Origin: Trichodesmium erythraeum IMS101
Lineage (GTDB): Bacteria > Cyanobacteriota > Cyanobacteriia > Cyanobacteriales > Microcoleaceae
Assembly (NCBI RefSeq): GCF_000014265.1
Contig: NC_008312.1
Coordinates: forward strand, 330,001-362,000
Reading direction: 5' to 3'
DNA length: 32,000 nucleotides
This document shows positions 1-10,838 of the stretch, piece by piece. The first letter of the stretch is position 1. Each line of letters starts with the position of its first letter. The notes beneath the pieces are model-generated. The model did not search any database and was not told the origin of the DNA. It saw only the letters and a list, made by a program, of their open reading frames with translations. A program made the position numbers and the translations under genes.

Positions 1-180
1 ATTGTCAAAAAAAAGTGCGATATTCCGAAGTGCTTGTTGCTCTTTTATTTTCTATTTATTTTCATTAAAAGTCACATCTAGATCACAATGTACTTGATTT
101 GATATTAACCAATATTCTCTAGTTTTTTTCCCAAATATTTTTGATGTTAATAGTTGACCACTAATATAATATAAAGTTAG
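1..180 (-). pseudogene. ISAs1-family transposase C-terminal remnant; has an in-frame stop and runs off the window start
   Basis: The minus-strand translation reads LTLYYISGQLLTSKIFGKKTREYWLISNQVHCDLDVTFNENK*KIKEQQALRNIALFFDN. This resembles the conserved ISAs1 C-terminus (RYYISS...R.HW.IEN.LHW.LDV.F.ED..RIR...A..N.A.LR). The stop codon at 52-54 interrupts the frame. Confidence 0.5.
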
Positions 181-833
181 CTACATAGTTCTAAGGTCTC
201 AAGACAGTAACAAAACCTATCAAAACAAACAAATGTTACACTAAATTGCCACGATCTTAAAACAGCCAAGGATTTGAAAATAATTAACTATTAGGAGTTA
301 TTAAGCCAAAGGTAAAATTTTAAGGATGTGCCCATAACACCATAACAAGTTGCGTTTAAGGCAGGAGCACATGTGGAAGTGAAAGTCTGACGTCTTACCC
401 CTGTTTTTCAAAACGATCAGACTCTATAAAGGGCAACCGGAAATGGGTTTGTTTAGTTTAACTAATCATGTTAATCAATTTGGTTGCTTGATATTAGTAC
501 TAACTTTTAATTACTAAAGACTAAAAATATACTAGACAAATATCTACAAAATGTCTCTGCAAATTAAAAAAAATCACCAATTTGCAAATAGGGCATATAA
601 CATTATTGACATTCCGACACAGACCATGCTATTATTATATAATATATAATTATAATTAAAATATCAAAATCCTTTGAAAATCTTAGAAGTAAAAAGATAT
701 TTTTGAGGAACTTGGAGAATTATATTTACGAATAATCGAATAATAGATTTTATAAGATTTTTGTAGATTTCTGAGAACGGTAGAAAATAGTATCCAAAGG
801 TTGAATAATTGATTGGAGTGACATAGGAGGAAA

Positions 834-1637
834 ATGCACAATTTTATCCCACCAGATAGATTTTTTCCCTATCTGACCTGGCAAGATATTGAGACAATGC
901 CAGATAAAGAAAATGTAGTAATTATTCAACCAGTAGGTTCTATTGAACAACACGGGCTTCATTTACCCTTAATTGTTGATTCGGCGATCGCCACTTATGT
1001 TACAGGTAAAGCACTTGAAAAACTAGAGAAGAATATCCCTGCGTATGCTTTGCCCACCCAATATTATGGCAAATCTAACGAACATTGGCATTTTCCTGGT
1101 ACTATTACCCTCTGCGCCCAGACTTTGATGGCTATTTTGACAGAAACAGGAGAAAGTCTATATCGAGCTGGGTTCCGCAAGTTGGTATTTTTAAACGCCC
1201 ATGGTGGGCAACCTCAAGTTCTTAAAATTGTGGCACGAGACTTGCACCAAAAATATGAGGATTTTTTACTATTTCCGCTCTCAGCTTGGAGGGTACCTAA
1301 CCCTTGTCAAGAATTATTGACCGAGAAGGAAATGGAATTAGGAATTCATGCCGGAGATGCTGAAACAAGTGTAATGCTATCAATGTTGCCAGATGTGGTG
1401 AAGATGGATAAAGCGGTGTGTGAATATCCTCAAGGTTTGCCAGAAGAAAGTATGTTGAGTATGGAGGGAAAGTTGTCTTTTGCTTGGTTGACGCGAGAGT
1501 TGACTCATAGTGGTGTATTGGGCGATGCCACGGTGGCGACTAAGGAAAAAGGCGATCATATACTTGACGGTTTGACTAATAGTTGGGCGAAGTTGATTAG
1601 AGATCTTTATAAGTTTCGGCAGCCAAGTTTAAGTTAA
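834..1637 (+). CDS. creatininase (creatinine amidohydrolase) family protein
   Basis: 267-aa ORF. It carries the family motifs SIEQHGLHLP and FLNAHGGQ, with GAGG-like AGGAGG just upstream (825-830). Confidence 0.8.
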   Translation: MHNFIPPDRFFPYLTWQDIETMPDKENVVIIQPVGSIEQHGLHLPLIVDSAIATYVTGKALEKLEKNIPAYALPTQYYGKSNEHWHFPGTITLCAQTLMAILTETGESLYRAGFRKLVFLNAHGGQPQVLKIVARDLHQKYEDFLLFPLSAWRVPNPCQELLTEKEMELGIHAGDAETSVMLSMLPDVVKMDKAVCEYPQGLPEESMLSMEGKLSFAWLTRELTHSGVLGDATVATKEKGDHILDGLTNSWAKLIRDLYKFRQPSLS

Positions 1638-1809
1638 GGAATTCATAAGTCAGAATTCAGCAGTTTTTTTTTGAACGGTATGGTAGTGAGGAACCCTCTA
1701 TAAAAAATAAATAGATTGAGAATAATATCATGTTCGGATGATCACTTATAATAAAGCCAAAATCATTAAATTAGATATGTTCATATATTCTGGCCAAAGG
1801 AATTGCTCC

Positions 1810-2690
1810 CTTACCCTGCTCTTTGTACAGCAGTATTCTCAAGATCGAACATGAACCCACGTCTAATTGAGATAGCTCACGAGCAACCTTACTGTTACCT
1901 TAGTTTACTAGTTTACTCCTATTTCTTACCAAATTTATTTTGTCAGCGATCCCTGAGGCCTATTTGTTGTCAGACAATTCCGTTAGTACGATCTAATTGC
2001 TCCGTTTGATCTTTTCCAATTATGTGTGTTCTACTTCTGGAGGTCAAACTTGTTAAGACCTACTTTAATTAGACCTATGCCATTTTATTACAGAGGTTTT
2101 TCCCTTCCGTATTTAAGGGTCAATTATTTAATAAACTGGTCAGAATGTTTACCCACTCTAGCACTCACAACTAATCCTTATGATGAGGTTTGAGTCATAC
2201 CTATCCAACAATTACCTGGTGTCAATTCATTCATCTGATAATATTTTTGTTGTTTGGGAAAAATGACCCAAATTCATTACTGCTGACTTGTGCTGAATTG
2301 TGAGGTTTCTATATTTTGTACATAGGCACTATGAAGTATTTGTCCTTTTTGAGAAGCTACTAGATACTAAACTGATTACTATATTATAGGCGAGTTTCAC
2401 CGTACAAATAATTTCTCTTAAGCTACTGCCCTCGACATGAGCTTGTAGAACTATGGGTATTTTTTCTGGAATTAATTTGCCGACGATAGTATAAAGTATC
2501 AAAAGTTTCAGTGAAAGTTTATCCAAATTCGCGACAATAGTACTATTGGGGTCTAATAGTAGTTTTTCTATGCTTATGGGGTTTATGATTACCACATAGA
2601 GAACGCTCCATAATAATTTATACGGTTGAGGAACTATATTCATCTGATCATTCCCACACTTTCTTGCCCACACTTTCTTGATGAATTACC
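1810..2690 (-). mobile_element. decayed IS-like element, copy 1 of 3 in the window; transposase N-terminal remnant with broken frames
   Basis: Minus ORF 2329-2673 begins ..KCGNDQMNIVP (zinc-ribbon-like) and contains HVEGSSLREI..VKLAYNIVISLV (HTH-like); the rest is frame-broken. By-eye nucleotide homology to 8425-9185 and 21109-21455: a shared AAAGTGTGGGAATGATCAGATGA 5' end and an AATACTGC(G/T)GTACAAA 3' end. Confidence 0.4.
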
Positions 2691-2919
2691 AAGATTTACT
2701 AGCCCCGGGAATGCCAGGGGAAAAAATGTCACCGAAGGTATCCACGAATAAATAATATCATGTCCGGAAAATTAGTGATCAAAAAAAACTTTCGACCGTA
2801 AGTGCTTTTTTTTCCTCCTGCCTTCTCTCTCCTGTATCAGTGCCAAAATCCTCTAAAATTTAAATATTAAACCGAACATGATATAACTATTTGCCCGATC
2901 TAGCACTTTTGTCTATCAA

Positions 2920-5472
2920 TTAAATCTGACAATGACGTTGTAAACCTGCTGTTTCCTGATTATATGCTTCCATATCAATTTTCACAGGATCAACATTCCA
3001 TATTTCCTGACAATATTCTGAGATAGTACGGTCAGCAGAAAACTTACCCATATTAATCGAATTAATAATTGACATTCGAGTCCAATATTCTGGGTTACGA
3101 TAAGCCTTATTTACTTCTTCTTGACAATCAATATAAGATTGATAATCAGCCAACAACATATATTCATCTTTTTCTAGTAAAGATACTATCAGTGGCTGGA
3201 ATAAATCTGGTTTACCTGGTGAAAAATAACCAGAAGCAATACGGTCAATTACTTGTCGTAATTCTTTGTTATCATTATAGTATTTCTGAGGATTATATCC
3301 TTGATATTTTAATGCTTTAACTTCTTCAACAGTTAATCCAAATAAGAAGAAATTATCAGCTCCTACCGCTTCTCTAATTTCAATATTGGCTCCGTCAAGA
3401 GTACCAATAGTTAAAGCACCATTGAGGGAAAATTTCATATTCCCAGTACCAGAAGCTTCTTTTCCAGCAGTAGAAATTTGTTCAGAAAGATCGGCAGCAG
3501 GATAAATTTGCTGGCCAAGAGATACAGAAAAATTCGGAATAAAAACTATCTTGAGACGATGGCGCACGTCTGGGTCATTATTAACTATTTCCGCTACAGC
3601 ATTAATCAATTTAATAATTAACTTTGCCATAGAATAACCAGGGGCTGCCTTGGCTCCAAAAATAAAAGTGCGGTGCAAAATATCTGTATCTGGATTTTCT
3701 TTAATCCGATTATAAAGAGTAATAATGTGAAAGACATTCAACAGTTGACGTTTATATTCATGGAGTCTTTTTACTTGAATATCAAACAAAGAGTTAGGAT
3801 TAACTACAACCCCAATATTTTGTTTAATATAAGTAGCCAAATCTTGCTTATTCTCATACTTAATCTGACTCCAATTATAGCGAAATTCTTGATCATTAAC
3901 AAATTGCTTAAGTTGTTGAATTTCCTCCAAATTATTAATCCAATTTTTGCCGATTTTATTTGTAATTAGTAATGCCAGCTTGGGGTTACTAATTAATAAC
4001 CAACGACGGGGAGTAATGCCATTAGTTTTATTCGTAAATTTCTCCGGCCAAAGTTTATAGAAATCTTTCAAAACATCTGTTTTCAAAAGTTGAGTATGTA
4101 ATTTTGCTACACCATTGATAGCATGAGCCCCGGTGCAAGCCAAATGAGCCATCCGTACACTCTTTTCAGGCTGTTCTTCTATTAGTGACATCCGTGCTAA
4201 ACGTCGATCATCACCAGGGTAGCGTTTCTTCAACTCTTCTAGCAAATGGAAATTAATTTCATAAATAATTTCGATATGTCGTGGCAGCAAACTCTTGAAC
4301 ATACTAACTGGCCAACGCTCTAGGGCTTCTGCTAACAGAGTATGGTTAGTGTAGCCAAAAGTATTTTGGGTAATCTTCCAAGCTTTTTCCCATTCCATCT
4401 TATGTTCGTCTATCAGCAGTCGCATTAATTCCGCAACCCCAATGGAAGGGTGGGTATCATTCAGTTGAATGGCTACTTTTTTGTGGAAATTATCTAAATT
4501 GCGATTTCGCGATAAGTGAGTACGGATGATATCTTGAAGAGAACAACTAACAAAGAAATATTGCTGCTCTAACCGCAACATTTTGCCTTGGAAAATGTTG
4601 TCATTGGGATAGAGAACTTTAGAAATATTTTCAGAAACAGTCTTATCTTCGACGGCGCGGTTGTAGTCCCCAGAATCGAAAACTTGTAGGTCAAATTCAT
4701 TACTAGCTTTAGCACTCCACAACCGTAGGTTATTAACTGTGTTGGTGTTATAGCCTGGTACTAGAGTATCATAGGGCATTCCGATGACTGTGCGTTCAGG
4801 TATCCACCTAACACGGTAGTTGCCTTCTTTGTCTGTGTAAGTTTCGGTGTCGCCACCCAGTTTAATTTCTACTTTCTCCTCATAGCGGGGTATTTCCCAA
4901 GGGTTACCCAGACTTAACCATTTGTCTGGTTGTTCGACTTGGAAGCCGTTATGAACCAGTTGTTTGAAAATCCCAAATTCATAACGGATACCATAGCCTA
5001 CTGCAGGAATTTGTAGGGTAGCGAGGGAGTCTAGGAAACAGGCAGCGAGGCGGCCTAAGCCGCCGTTACCTAAACCTGGTTCTGGTTCTTTTTCAATCAA
5101 GTCATGCAGTTGAAGACATGATTCTTCTAGAGCTTGACGCGCTACTTCCCAACAACCAACGTTAACTAGGTTTTTGGCTAGTTGGCGACCCATGAGAAAT
5201 TCGGCTGAGAGATAATATACTGTTTTAACGTTTTGGTTGGAGTAGGTTTTAGTAGTTTGTAGGTGACGGTGGAGCAAGCGATCGCGTACTGTATATGCCA
5301 ATGCCATGTAATAATCATAAGGTGTGGCAAATTCTATGTTTTTTCCCTGTAAATAATATAAGTTATCTGCGATCGCTCGTTTAATAGTGTCAAGACTCGT
5401 ACCTGTGCGATCGTCTTCTATTTGAATTTTTACTTTTTCTGTGTAAGGTTTTTCTGGCTGTACTTCTTGCAT
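2920..5472 (-). CDS. glgP: glycogen/alpha-glucan phosphorylase
   Basis: 850-aa ORF. It has the PLP-lysine motif EASGTGNMKFSLNG and LGNGGLGRLAACFLDS, with the typical length and overall pattern. Confidence 0.95.
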   Translation of the reverse strand: MQEVQPEKPYTEKVKIQIEDDRTGTSLDTIKRAIADNLYYLQGKNIEFATPYDYYMALAYTVRDRLLHRHLQTTKTYSNQNVKTVYYLSAEFLMGRQLAKNLVNVGCWEVARQALEESCLQLHDLIEKEPEPGLGNGGLGRLAACFLDSLATLQIPAVGYGIRYEFGIFKQLVHNGFQVEQPDKWLSLGNPWEIPRYEEKVEIKLGGDTETYTDKEGNYRVRWIPERTVIGMPYDTLVPGYNTNTVNNLRLWSAKASNEFDLQVFDSGDYNRAVEDKTVSENISKVLYPNDNIFQGKMLRLEQQYFFVSCSLQDIIRTHLSRNRNLDNFHKKVAIQLNDTHPSIGVAELMRLLIDEHKMEWEKAWKITQNTFGYTNHTLLAEALERWPVSMFKSLLPRHIEIIYEINFHLLEELKKRYPGDDRRLARMSLIEEQPEKSVRMAHLACTGAHAINGVAKLHTQLLKTDVLKDFYKLWPEKFTNKTNGITPRRWLLISNPKLALLITNKIGKNWINNLEEIQQLKQFVNDQEFRYNWSQIKYENKQDLATYIKQNIGVVVNPNSLFDIQVKRLHEYKRQLLNVFHIITLYNRIKENPDTDILHRTFIFGAKAAPGYSMAKLIIKLINAVAEIVNNDPDVRHRLKIVFIPNFSVSLGQQIYPAADLSEQISTAGKEASGTGNMKFSLNGALTIGTLDGANIEIREAVGADNFFLFGLTVEEVKALKYQGYNPQKYYNDNKELRQVIDRIASGYFSPGKPDLFQPLIVSLLEKDEYMLLADYQSYIDCQEEVNKAYRNPEYWTRMSIINSINMGKFSADRTISEYCQEIWNVDPVKIDMEAYNQETAGLQRHCQI

Positions 5473-6516
5473 AATTTTATAATTTACTAATCATAACTTT
5501 GGGCTTTGCATAAGTGGGGGATAATTTGAATAGTTTTGTAAAACGAGCATCTTGTTTGTTCGTTATATTTTTGGGTGGGTAGAATATTTACACCAATTAT
5601 TTATATTCGTCCCTTAATTCAGCACCACCTAACTTTGAGATATCTAGAGGTTAAAACACTCTAGCTTGCCTTAATGGGACCTTGAGCATACCATCAGTAA
5701 ACTCAACTCAATGTAGGGGACTCTTAACATATTAAAAAGGGATGTTTTTCGTTAACTACAAACCCCAATTTATTTGCATCACGGACTACAGAATTTGTTT
5801 GAGGCCAGCAATTTTTTTGGCTGGTTATTTGGCTGTAGTTCGGCTTTGAATCCAAGTAACATGAATCAATATCATTACAGATTATCATAGATAATACCAG
5901 ATTTATAGCCAACAGTTACGAGTCATCAAAACAGATTGACAAGGCTTTTTTGAGACTTAGTAGTAGTCAGTTGGATATTTGCTAAGATTTCCCCACAAAT
6001 ACTTATAGAGATAAGTTTAGTTGTATTAATTTATTTCTATACTAAATCAATAATATTTTAGTATAAAATAATCACATTTTCCTAAATAATTGATTAATTA
6101 TCAATTTTTTTTTATTAACAAGTTTTTATTTTTTGCAAATCCCAAAGAAAAAATAAAATATTACACAAATTTTAAAAATTAGTATAATATTATAGTGTTA
6201 TTTATTAAATAGTCATAATTAAAACTATTCGCATAATATCTGCTGTGTAATTATTAGTCTCTCACATCGTTAAAATAGTATAAGATTGTATTTAGTGAAA
6301 TATAGTTAGTGTAACTATTTAACAATAGTCTTTATTATAATTTTACTATTACCAATAATTTTACCCGATACAGATTATTGGCTTGGTGATAATTCTGCTA
6401 ACTAGACTGAGGATAAACACATAAGTTTGGGTTTTTCTGACTATACAAATGACCATAGTTTAGACTCAAGCATTTCGGCAGGTAGCTATGTATATGGGAT
6501 TTATATAGTATAACTA

Positions 6517-6819
6517 TCATATAGTTATGTAGGTGTTATAGACCATAATTATCGTAGTTAATTTATCTAATATATCCCGTTTAGTATTGGCTATTTTGCT
6601 ATGTAATCTAGCTATCTTAACAGAAGCTTTTTTAGAATAAGAAAACTTAGTTTGATGTTGGTTTTGAATATTGTATAAAAGAGAGTTTAGCTTCAAACTT
6701 TCCATAAGACTTGGCCTTAATAAAAATACTTTACCAGTGGATAACATAGCCTTAGATTCGACTCCATTATTTATACTAACTAAATCTACTAAGAAATTAG
6801 TAAGTGATAGATTATCTTT
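6517..6819 (-). pseudogene. IS200/IS605-family TnpB fragment (truncated)
   Basis: The minus translation reads ..VDLVSINNGVESKAMLSTGKVFL...KKASVKIARLHSKIANTKRDILDKLTT. This matches the TnpB pattern GIDLG...(K)VARLH.KI.N.R.D..HKLT. Only about 100 aa remain, bounded by stops, inside a 1.7-kb AT-rich gap. Confidence 0.45.
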
Positions 6820-7201
6820 CTACTTTGAAGCCGAAAAAACATTTACTACTTTTTCGACGAATATTTACTAACTTGGGATTAATATTATCAGGCAAGAGTT
6901 CAAAAGTTTTAACCCATCTAATTCGAGGCAATACCCACCCATATGTTGGGGAGGGCATTGAACAATATAAAGTGAATTAGAACCGAATTTTTTAACTTTT
7001 CTAGTTAGCTATGTTGGGCTTTTTATTTTTGTTCGGACTTACTGATAAAATCTTGATTTATCTGCGAAAAATAAAAAGCTTGTATTTTCTCTTAAACATA
7101 AATACATGATTAATTTAAATCACCATATTCCAGATTACTATATTTTCAAACAGTTTAAATAGAAAAAAAATTGACTTTATCTCAGCATTTTATAAATTTA
7201 T

Positions 7202-8224
7202 TTAAGCACCAATTTTAAATAAAGAACCCACAACTTGAGGAATATTTTCTAACTGCATTGCTGCCATTGCTGCTGTTGGTTCATAACCACAATGAACCAT
7301 ACAATCAGAACATTTAGGATTCCCACTTTTATAACCATAATTATTCCAATTAGTTTTCTCTATAAGTTCTTTAAAAGTAGCATAATACCCTTCATTCATT
7401 AAATAACAAGGTTTTTGCCAACCAAGCACACTATAGCTAGGACTACCCCAGGGAGTACAATCATAATCTTTTTCTCCCATCAAAAAGTCTAAAAATAGAG
7501 GATTATGGTTAAAATTCCAATTCTTTTTACCAGTTTTAAAAGGATTCAGAATTTCTTGAAATAACAATCGTGTTTGCTGTCGCTTCAGGAAATTATCCTG
7601 GTCTGGTGCCCACTCATAACTATAACCAGGAGAAATCATCATTCCATCAATATTTAAACTTTCTAAAAAATCAAAAAATTCCTGCATTTGTTTCGGGTCT
7701 GTTCCCTCAAATACAGTAGTATTAGTAGTAACTCGAAACCTTCTCGCTTTAGCAGCACGAATAGCTTCAACTGCTATTTGAAAAACCCCTTTTCTATCTA
7801 CACATTTATCGTGATTTGCCTGTAAACCATCAAGATGAACACTAAAAGTTAGATAAGGAGAAGGCTCAAATTTATCAAGATTCTTTTTGAGTAATAAACC
7901 ATTAGTACATAAATAAACAAATTTTTTCCGGTCAACTAACCCTTTGACAATTTCAGAAATTTGTGGATGTAATAAAGGCTCTCCTCCTGGAATAGAAACT
8001 ACAGGAGCACCACATTCTTCTACAGCAGTAAAACATTCTTGAGGTGTAAGATGTTGTTTTAATATTTCCTTGGGGTGCTGAATTTTGCCACAACCAGGGC
8101 AAGCTAAGTTACACCGAAACAAAGGTTCTAACATTAATACTAAAGGAAAATATTTGCGCCCTTTGAGTCGTTGAGTTAGAAGATATTTTCCGACTTCTAG
8201 AGCTTGTTGAAGTTGAATTGCCAT
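7202..8224 (-). CDS. hpnH: radical SAM protein, HpnH-like (adenosyl-hopene transferase, hopanoid side-chain biosynthesis)
   Basis: 340-aa ORF. It has the radical-SAM CxxxCxxC motif (CNLACPGCG), an N-terminal [20 protein letters not shown] and a C-terminal Cys cluster [11 protein letters not shown], all typical of HpnH. Confidence 0.75.
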   Translation of the reverse strand: MAIQLQQALEVGKYLLTQRLKGRKYFPLVLMLEPLFRCNLACPGCGKIQHPKEILKQHLTPQECFTAVEECGAPVVSIPGGEPLLHPQISEIVKGLVDRKKFVYLCTNGLLLKKNLDKFEPSPYLTFSVHLDGLQANHDKCVDRKGVFQIAVEAIRAAKARRFRVTTNTTVFEGTDPKQMQEFFDFLESLNIDGMMISPGYSYEWAPDQDNFLKRQQTRLLFQEILNPFKTGKKNWNFNHNPLFLDFLMGEKDYDCTPWGSPSYSVLGWQKPCYLMNEGYYATFKELIEKTNWNNYGYKSGNPKCSDCMVHCGYEPTAAMAAMQLENIPQVVGSLFKIGA

Positions 8225-8424
8225 AATTTAAGTAATCTGTTTTGCTAGATTTGCAATTGAATAAGTAAAACCAATTTTTAAAGAAAATTCGGTATTGCTG
8301 ATTCTAGGTATAATATAGATAGCTGAAAGTTATAAATCTAATTCAAAACCTAGAAAAATTATAAAGTTATTCAGCAAGACCAAAAATTTTTAAAGGCTAT
8401 AAGTTATGGAGTAGTGCATCAAAA

Positions 8425-9185
8425 AAAGTGTGGGAATGATCAGATGACTATTGTCCCTAAATACTTTCCATGATCATGGAATAGCATCTGTGTGGCCATC
8501 AGCAAACTATGGTATGAATTATTGTCCTGAATGGCTACAAACTTTCAATAATACTTTTGACACTCTATACTATCCCAGAAAAATTCCTAATGTAAGTAAT
8601 AGCTAAAAAAAAAGACATAAATTATAGAATTAAGTCTTTTTTTTGATCTCAAAACACTAGGGAATGGACAAAAATAGGACTTACCCAGGCAGATGAAATT
8701 CTACATCATTTGTATGGGTTAACGGAGTGCTCCGCAACATGAAAATTACTACTATATATGATTGGATAACTGCTCTATCAAACTGATACAAAGATTCACA
8801 TAACGTGATAATAGTTATGTTTACTTCCTGCTGACCCTGAGGCCTTAAGTTACTCAGCTACAGGGGTCGACGCTCAAGTTGAGGGCATTTCTCACCCTTT
8901 ATGCTTGGGTTTAATCTCGATCTATTGATAAGCTACATTCAGGGCCGTTATGAATTCTCAGCCTTAATGGCATATCTTCGACATGACTGCAGTTAGAGCA
9001 AGTTTTTTGATCACAGAAAGAATATATTAACTACGACAACTTACGGCACTATTGGCACTTGTACTCAAATTGTCTCCTGAATTGATAAAATCTTTGGTCT
9101 GCATCCACCTCTGTTGTTCCCTTCCGACTGAGGAGATGGGGCTGGGTTTTGGTTGGCTAAAATATTGCTGACATTCAAATATTCT
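8425..9185 (+). mobile_element. decayed IS-like element, copy 2 of 3 (same family as 1810-2690 and 21109-21455)
   Basis: It starts AAAAAGTGTGGGAATGATCAGATGACTATTGTCCC, encoding KCGNDQMTIVPKYFP* (compare KCGNDQMNIVPQPY in copy 1). By-eye homology runs through ACTACGACAACTTACGG / TGCATCCAC / AAAATATTGCTGACA near 9030-9185. There is no intact ORF. Confidence 0.4.
8605..8644. repeat. A9 / AGACATAA-N9-TTAAGTCT / T8 hairpin (bidirectional terminator-like); member of the AGACATAA hairpin family
   Basis: Read directly: AAAAAAAAAGACATAAATTATAGAATTAAGTCTTTTTTTT. The stem is 8 bp with one mismatch. Confidence 0.45.
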
Positions 9186-9350
9186 ATGATCAAGACTTAC
9201 ACAAATTTACCTTAAACTCAATATTGAGGGGCTTTCTGGAATTTGCTATCACGCTCATGTAGTGCCTGTGGGTAAGTCCTGATGATAATCATATCCTAGT
9301 TCTGGGCTAAATATGTTATCAATTTATGAACTGGATCTTTTCTGTAAATA

Positions 9351-9380
9351 GAGACATAATTATGTCAGTTATGTCTTTTT
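9351..9380 (+). promoter_or_regulatory. GAGACATAA-N9-TTATGTCT hairpin plus T-run, about 100 nt upstream of the kinase gene
   Basis: The sequence is GAGACATAATTATGTCAGTTATGTCTTTTT, with an 8-bp perfect stem AGACATAA/TTATGTCT. It also contains the perfect palindrome GACATAATTATGTC. The same motif recurs beside both precursor genes. Confidence 0.4.
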
Positions 9381-9479
9381 AATTTCATGAAAATGCTTGT
9401 CAGGCTCCTAAAATTTTGTCAGTATAAATAGATAAGTAGTGATTAATAATTTATATATTTAATTGAGAGGCGAGTTGAA

Positions 9480-10676
9480 ATGAAGTTTGTCTTAAACTCT
9501 CGAAATGTCTACGACTATTTAGTAGAAAATGGTTTATGTGATTCCCTACAGGAAGGGGAGCCATATCCTTCCCAGAACTCTCAGAGTAATGTTGAGCTAA
9601 TTAGTGCTAAGAATTTTAATTTATTGGTGACTTTGCCAGAGGGTCGAAAGCTTCTGGTTAAACAAGAACAATATAATTCTCAAGGAAAAACCCTTGGTGA
9701 GTTGTTTGGAGAATGGCGAATTCAAAAATTCTTACGGACATTTCCTGAACTTGACCATTGGCGTGTCTTTCTGCCAGAGTTGTTATTTCACGACCCTGAA
9801 AAGTCTATTGTGGTCTCTACTTACCTGGATAATTATCGAGATTTAAGTGATTTCTATTCTAAGGAAAATACTTTCCCTACAAAGGTTGCAGCTCAAATCG
9901 GTAATTTTTTGGGGACTGTTCACCGCGATACTTGGAATAGAGAAAATTATCGAGAGTTTTTTGCTAGTGAAGTTGTTAGTACTAAACCTGCAGTCTCCCC
10001 ACTTTTGGTGGATAGTCTCGAAAGGATAGGACCAGACATTTTTGGTATTGCTCCTGTAGATGGGTTGAGATTTTTTGCTCTTTATCAACGATATGACAGT
10101 TTGGGGAAAGCGATCGCTCAACTTCGCGAGACTTTATCTCCTACTTGTCTGACTCACAATGACCTGAAACTAAATAATATTCTCATGGCTCAAAATTGGG
10201 AAAATTCCGGTGAAAATATTGTGCGGTTAATTGATTGGGAAAGGTCTAGTTGGGGAGACCCTGCTTTTGATTTGGGAACGGCTATCAGCAGCTATCTGCA
10301 ACTTTGGTTGGGTAGTTTGGTTATTAGTAATTCTCTGAGTATAGAAGAATCTCTCAAATTTGCCACCACTCCCCTTGAATTACTTCAACCGTCTATTGCT
10401 GCTTTAGCTAAAGCTTATTTTGACACTTTCCCAGAAATTTTGGCATATCGTCCTGATTTTTTGAGACAAGTAGTACAGTTTGCAGGTTGGGGTTTGATGA
10501 CAGGAATTTTGTCAATGGTTCAATATCAAAAGACTTTTAATAATACGGGTATTGCGATGCTTCAGGTTGCCAAAGCATTATTATGTCGCCCTGACTCATC
10601 AATGTCTACAATTTTTGGTGTTGCTATTGAAGAAGTATTGAGGAGTCAGGAGCCAGGAGTCAGTAGAATGCATTAG
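9480..10676 (+). CDS. APH-fold phosphotransferase/kinase (candidate Ser/Thr-peptide kinase of a LxmK/TvaC-like dehydration pair)
   Basis: 398-aa ORF. It has the catalytic-loop motif HNDLKLNNIL (HxDxxxxN) and the metal-binding IDWERSSWGDPAFDLG, typical of the aminoglycoside/choline-kinase-like phosphotransferase fold. GAGAGG lies 9 nt upstream of the ATG. Confidence 0.75.
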   Translation: MKFVLNSRNVYDYLVENGLCDSLQEGEPYPSQNSQSNVELISAKNFNLLVTLPEGRKLLVKQEQYNSQGKTLGELFGEWRIQKFLRTFPELDHWRVFLPELLFHDPEKSIVVSTYLDNYRDLSDFYSKENTFPTKVAAQIGNFLGTVHRDTWNRENYREFFASEVVSTKPAVSPLLVDSLERIGPDIFGIAPVDGLRFFALYQRYDSLGKAIAQLRETLSPTCLTHNDLKLNNILMAQNWENSGENIVRLIDWERSSWGDPAFDLGTAISSYLQLWLGSLVISNSLSIEESLKFATTPLELLQPSIAALAKAYFDTFPEILAYRPDFLRQVVQFAGWGLMTGILSMVQYQKTFNNTGIAMLQVAKALLCRPDSSMSTIFGVAIEEVLRSQEPGVSRMH

Positions 10677-10838
10677 TACTACAACGCTTTTTAATGAACT
10701 ATTACAGGTAATATAGTGGTTGAGAATTGTCATAGGGAACGATAGTAAAGCTATCTCTGGGCAACTTTTCTTTTGCCACATTTAAGATTAAACAGTCCAC
10801 TACAATAATGCTTAAAAAATTTTACGAGGTTTAAAATT

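Noticed and set aside
300-440. Two local stems (ATGTGC...GCACAT and AGTCTGA...TCAGACT) that suggest a structured RNA upstream of the creatininase gene
   Set aside because: The stems are short (6-7 bp) and I recognise no riboswitch or ncRNA consensus. The region probably belongs to the decayed ISAs1-like element. It cannot be supported without covariance-model searches (Rfam/Infernal).
1803-2009. 68-aa plus-strand ORF (and 21027-21218, which shares a ..CTAVF.. segment)
   Set aside because: The similarity comes from the shared 3' end of the decayed IS-like repeat family read on the opposite strand. It has no independent coding evidence.
3069-3969. Plus-strand ORFs 3069-3320 and 3673-3969
   Set aside because: They are antisense shadows inside the well-supported glgP CDS, with low-complexity AT-rich translations.
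5600-5620. NtcA-like site (GTA-N8-TAC) searched for upstream of glgP; the nearest match is GTAGAATATTTACA
   Set aside because: The right half-site is ACA, not TAC, at the correct spacing, so it is not a convincing NtcA box.
9843-10121. ORFs 9843-10121 (minus) and 9847-10029 (plus) inside the kinase gene, and the analogous ORFs 10599-10781, 10948-11136, 11265-11450, 19682-19876, 22869-23168, 25287-25541 and 26951-27157
   Set aside because: All overlap longer ORFs that carry clear family motifs. They are shadow frames.
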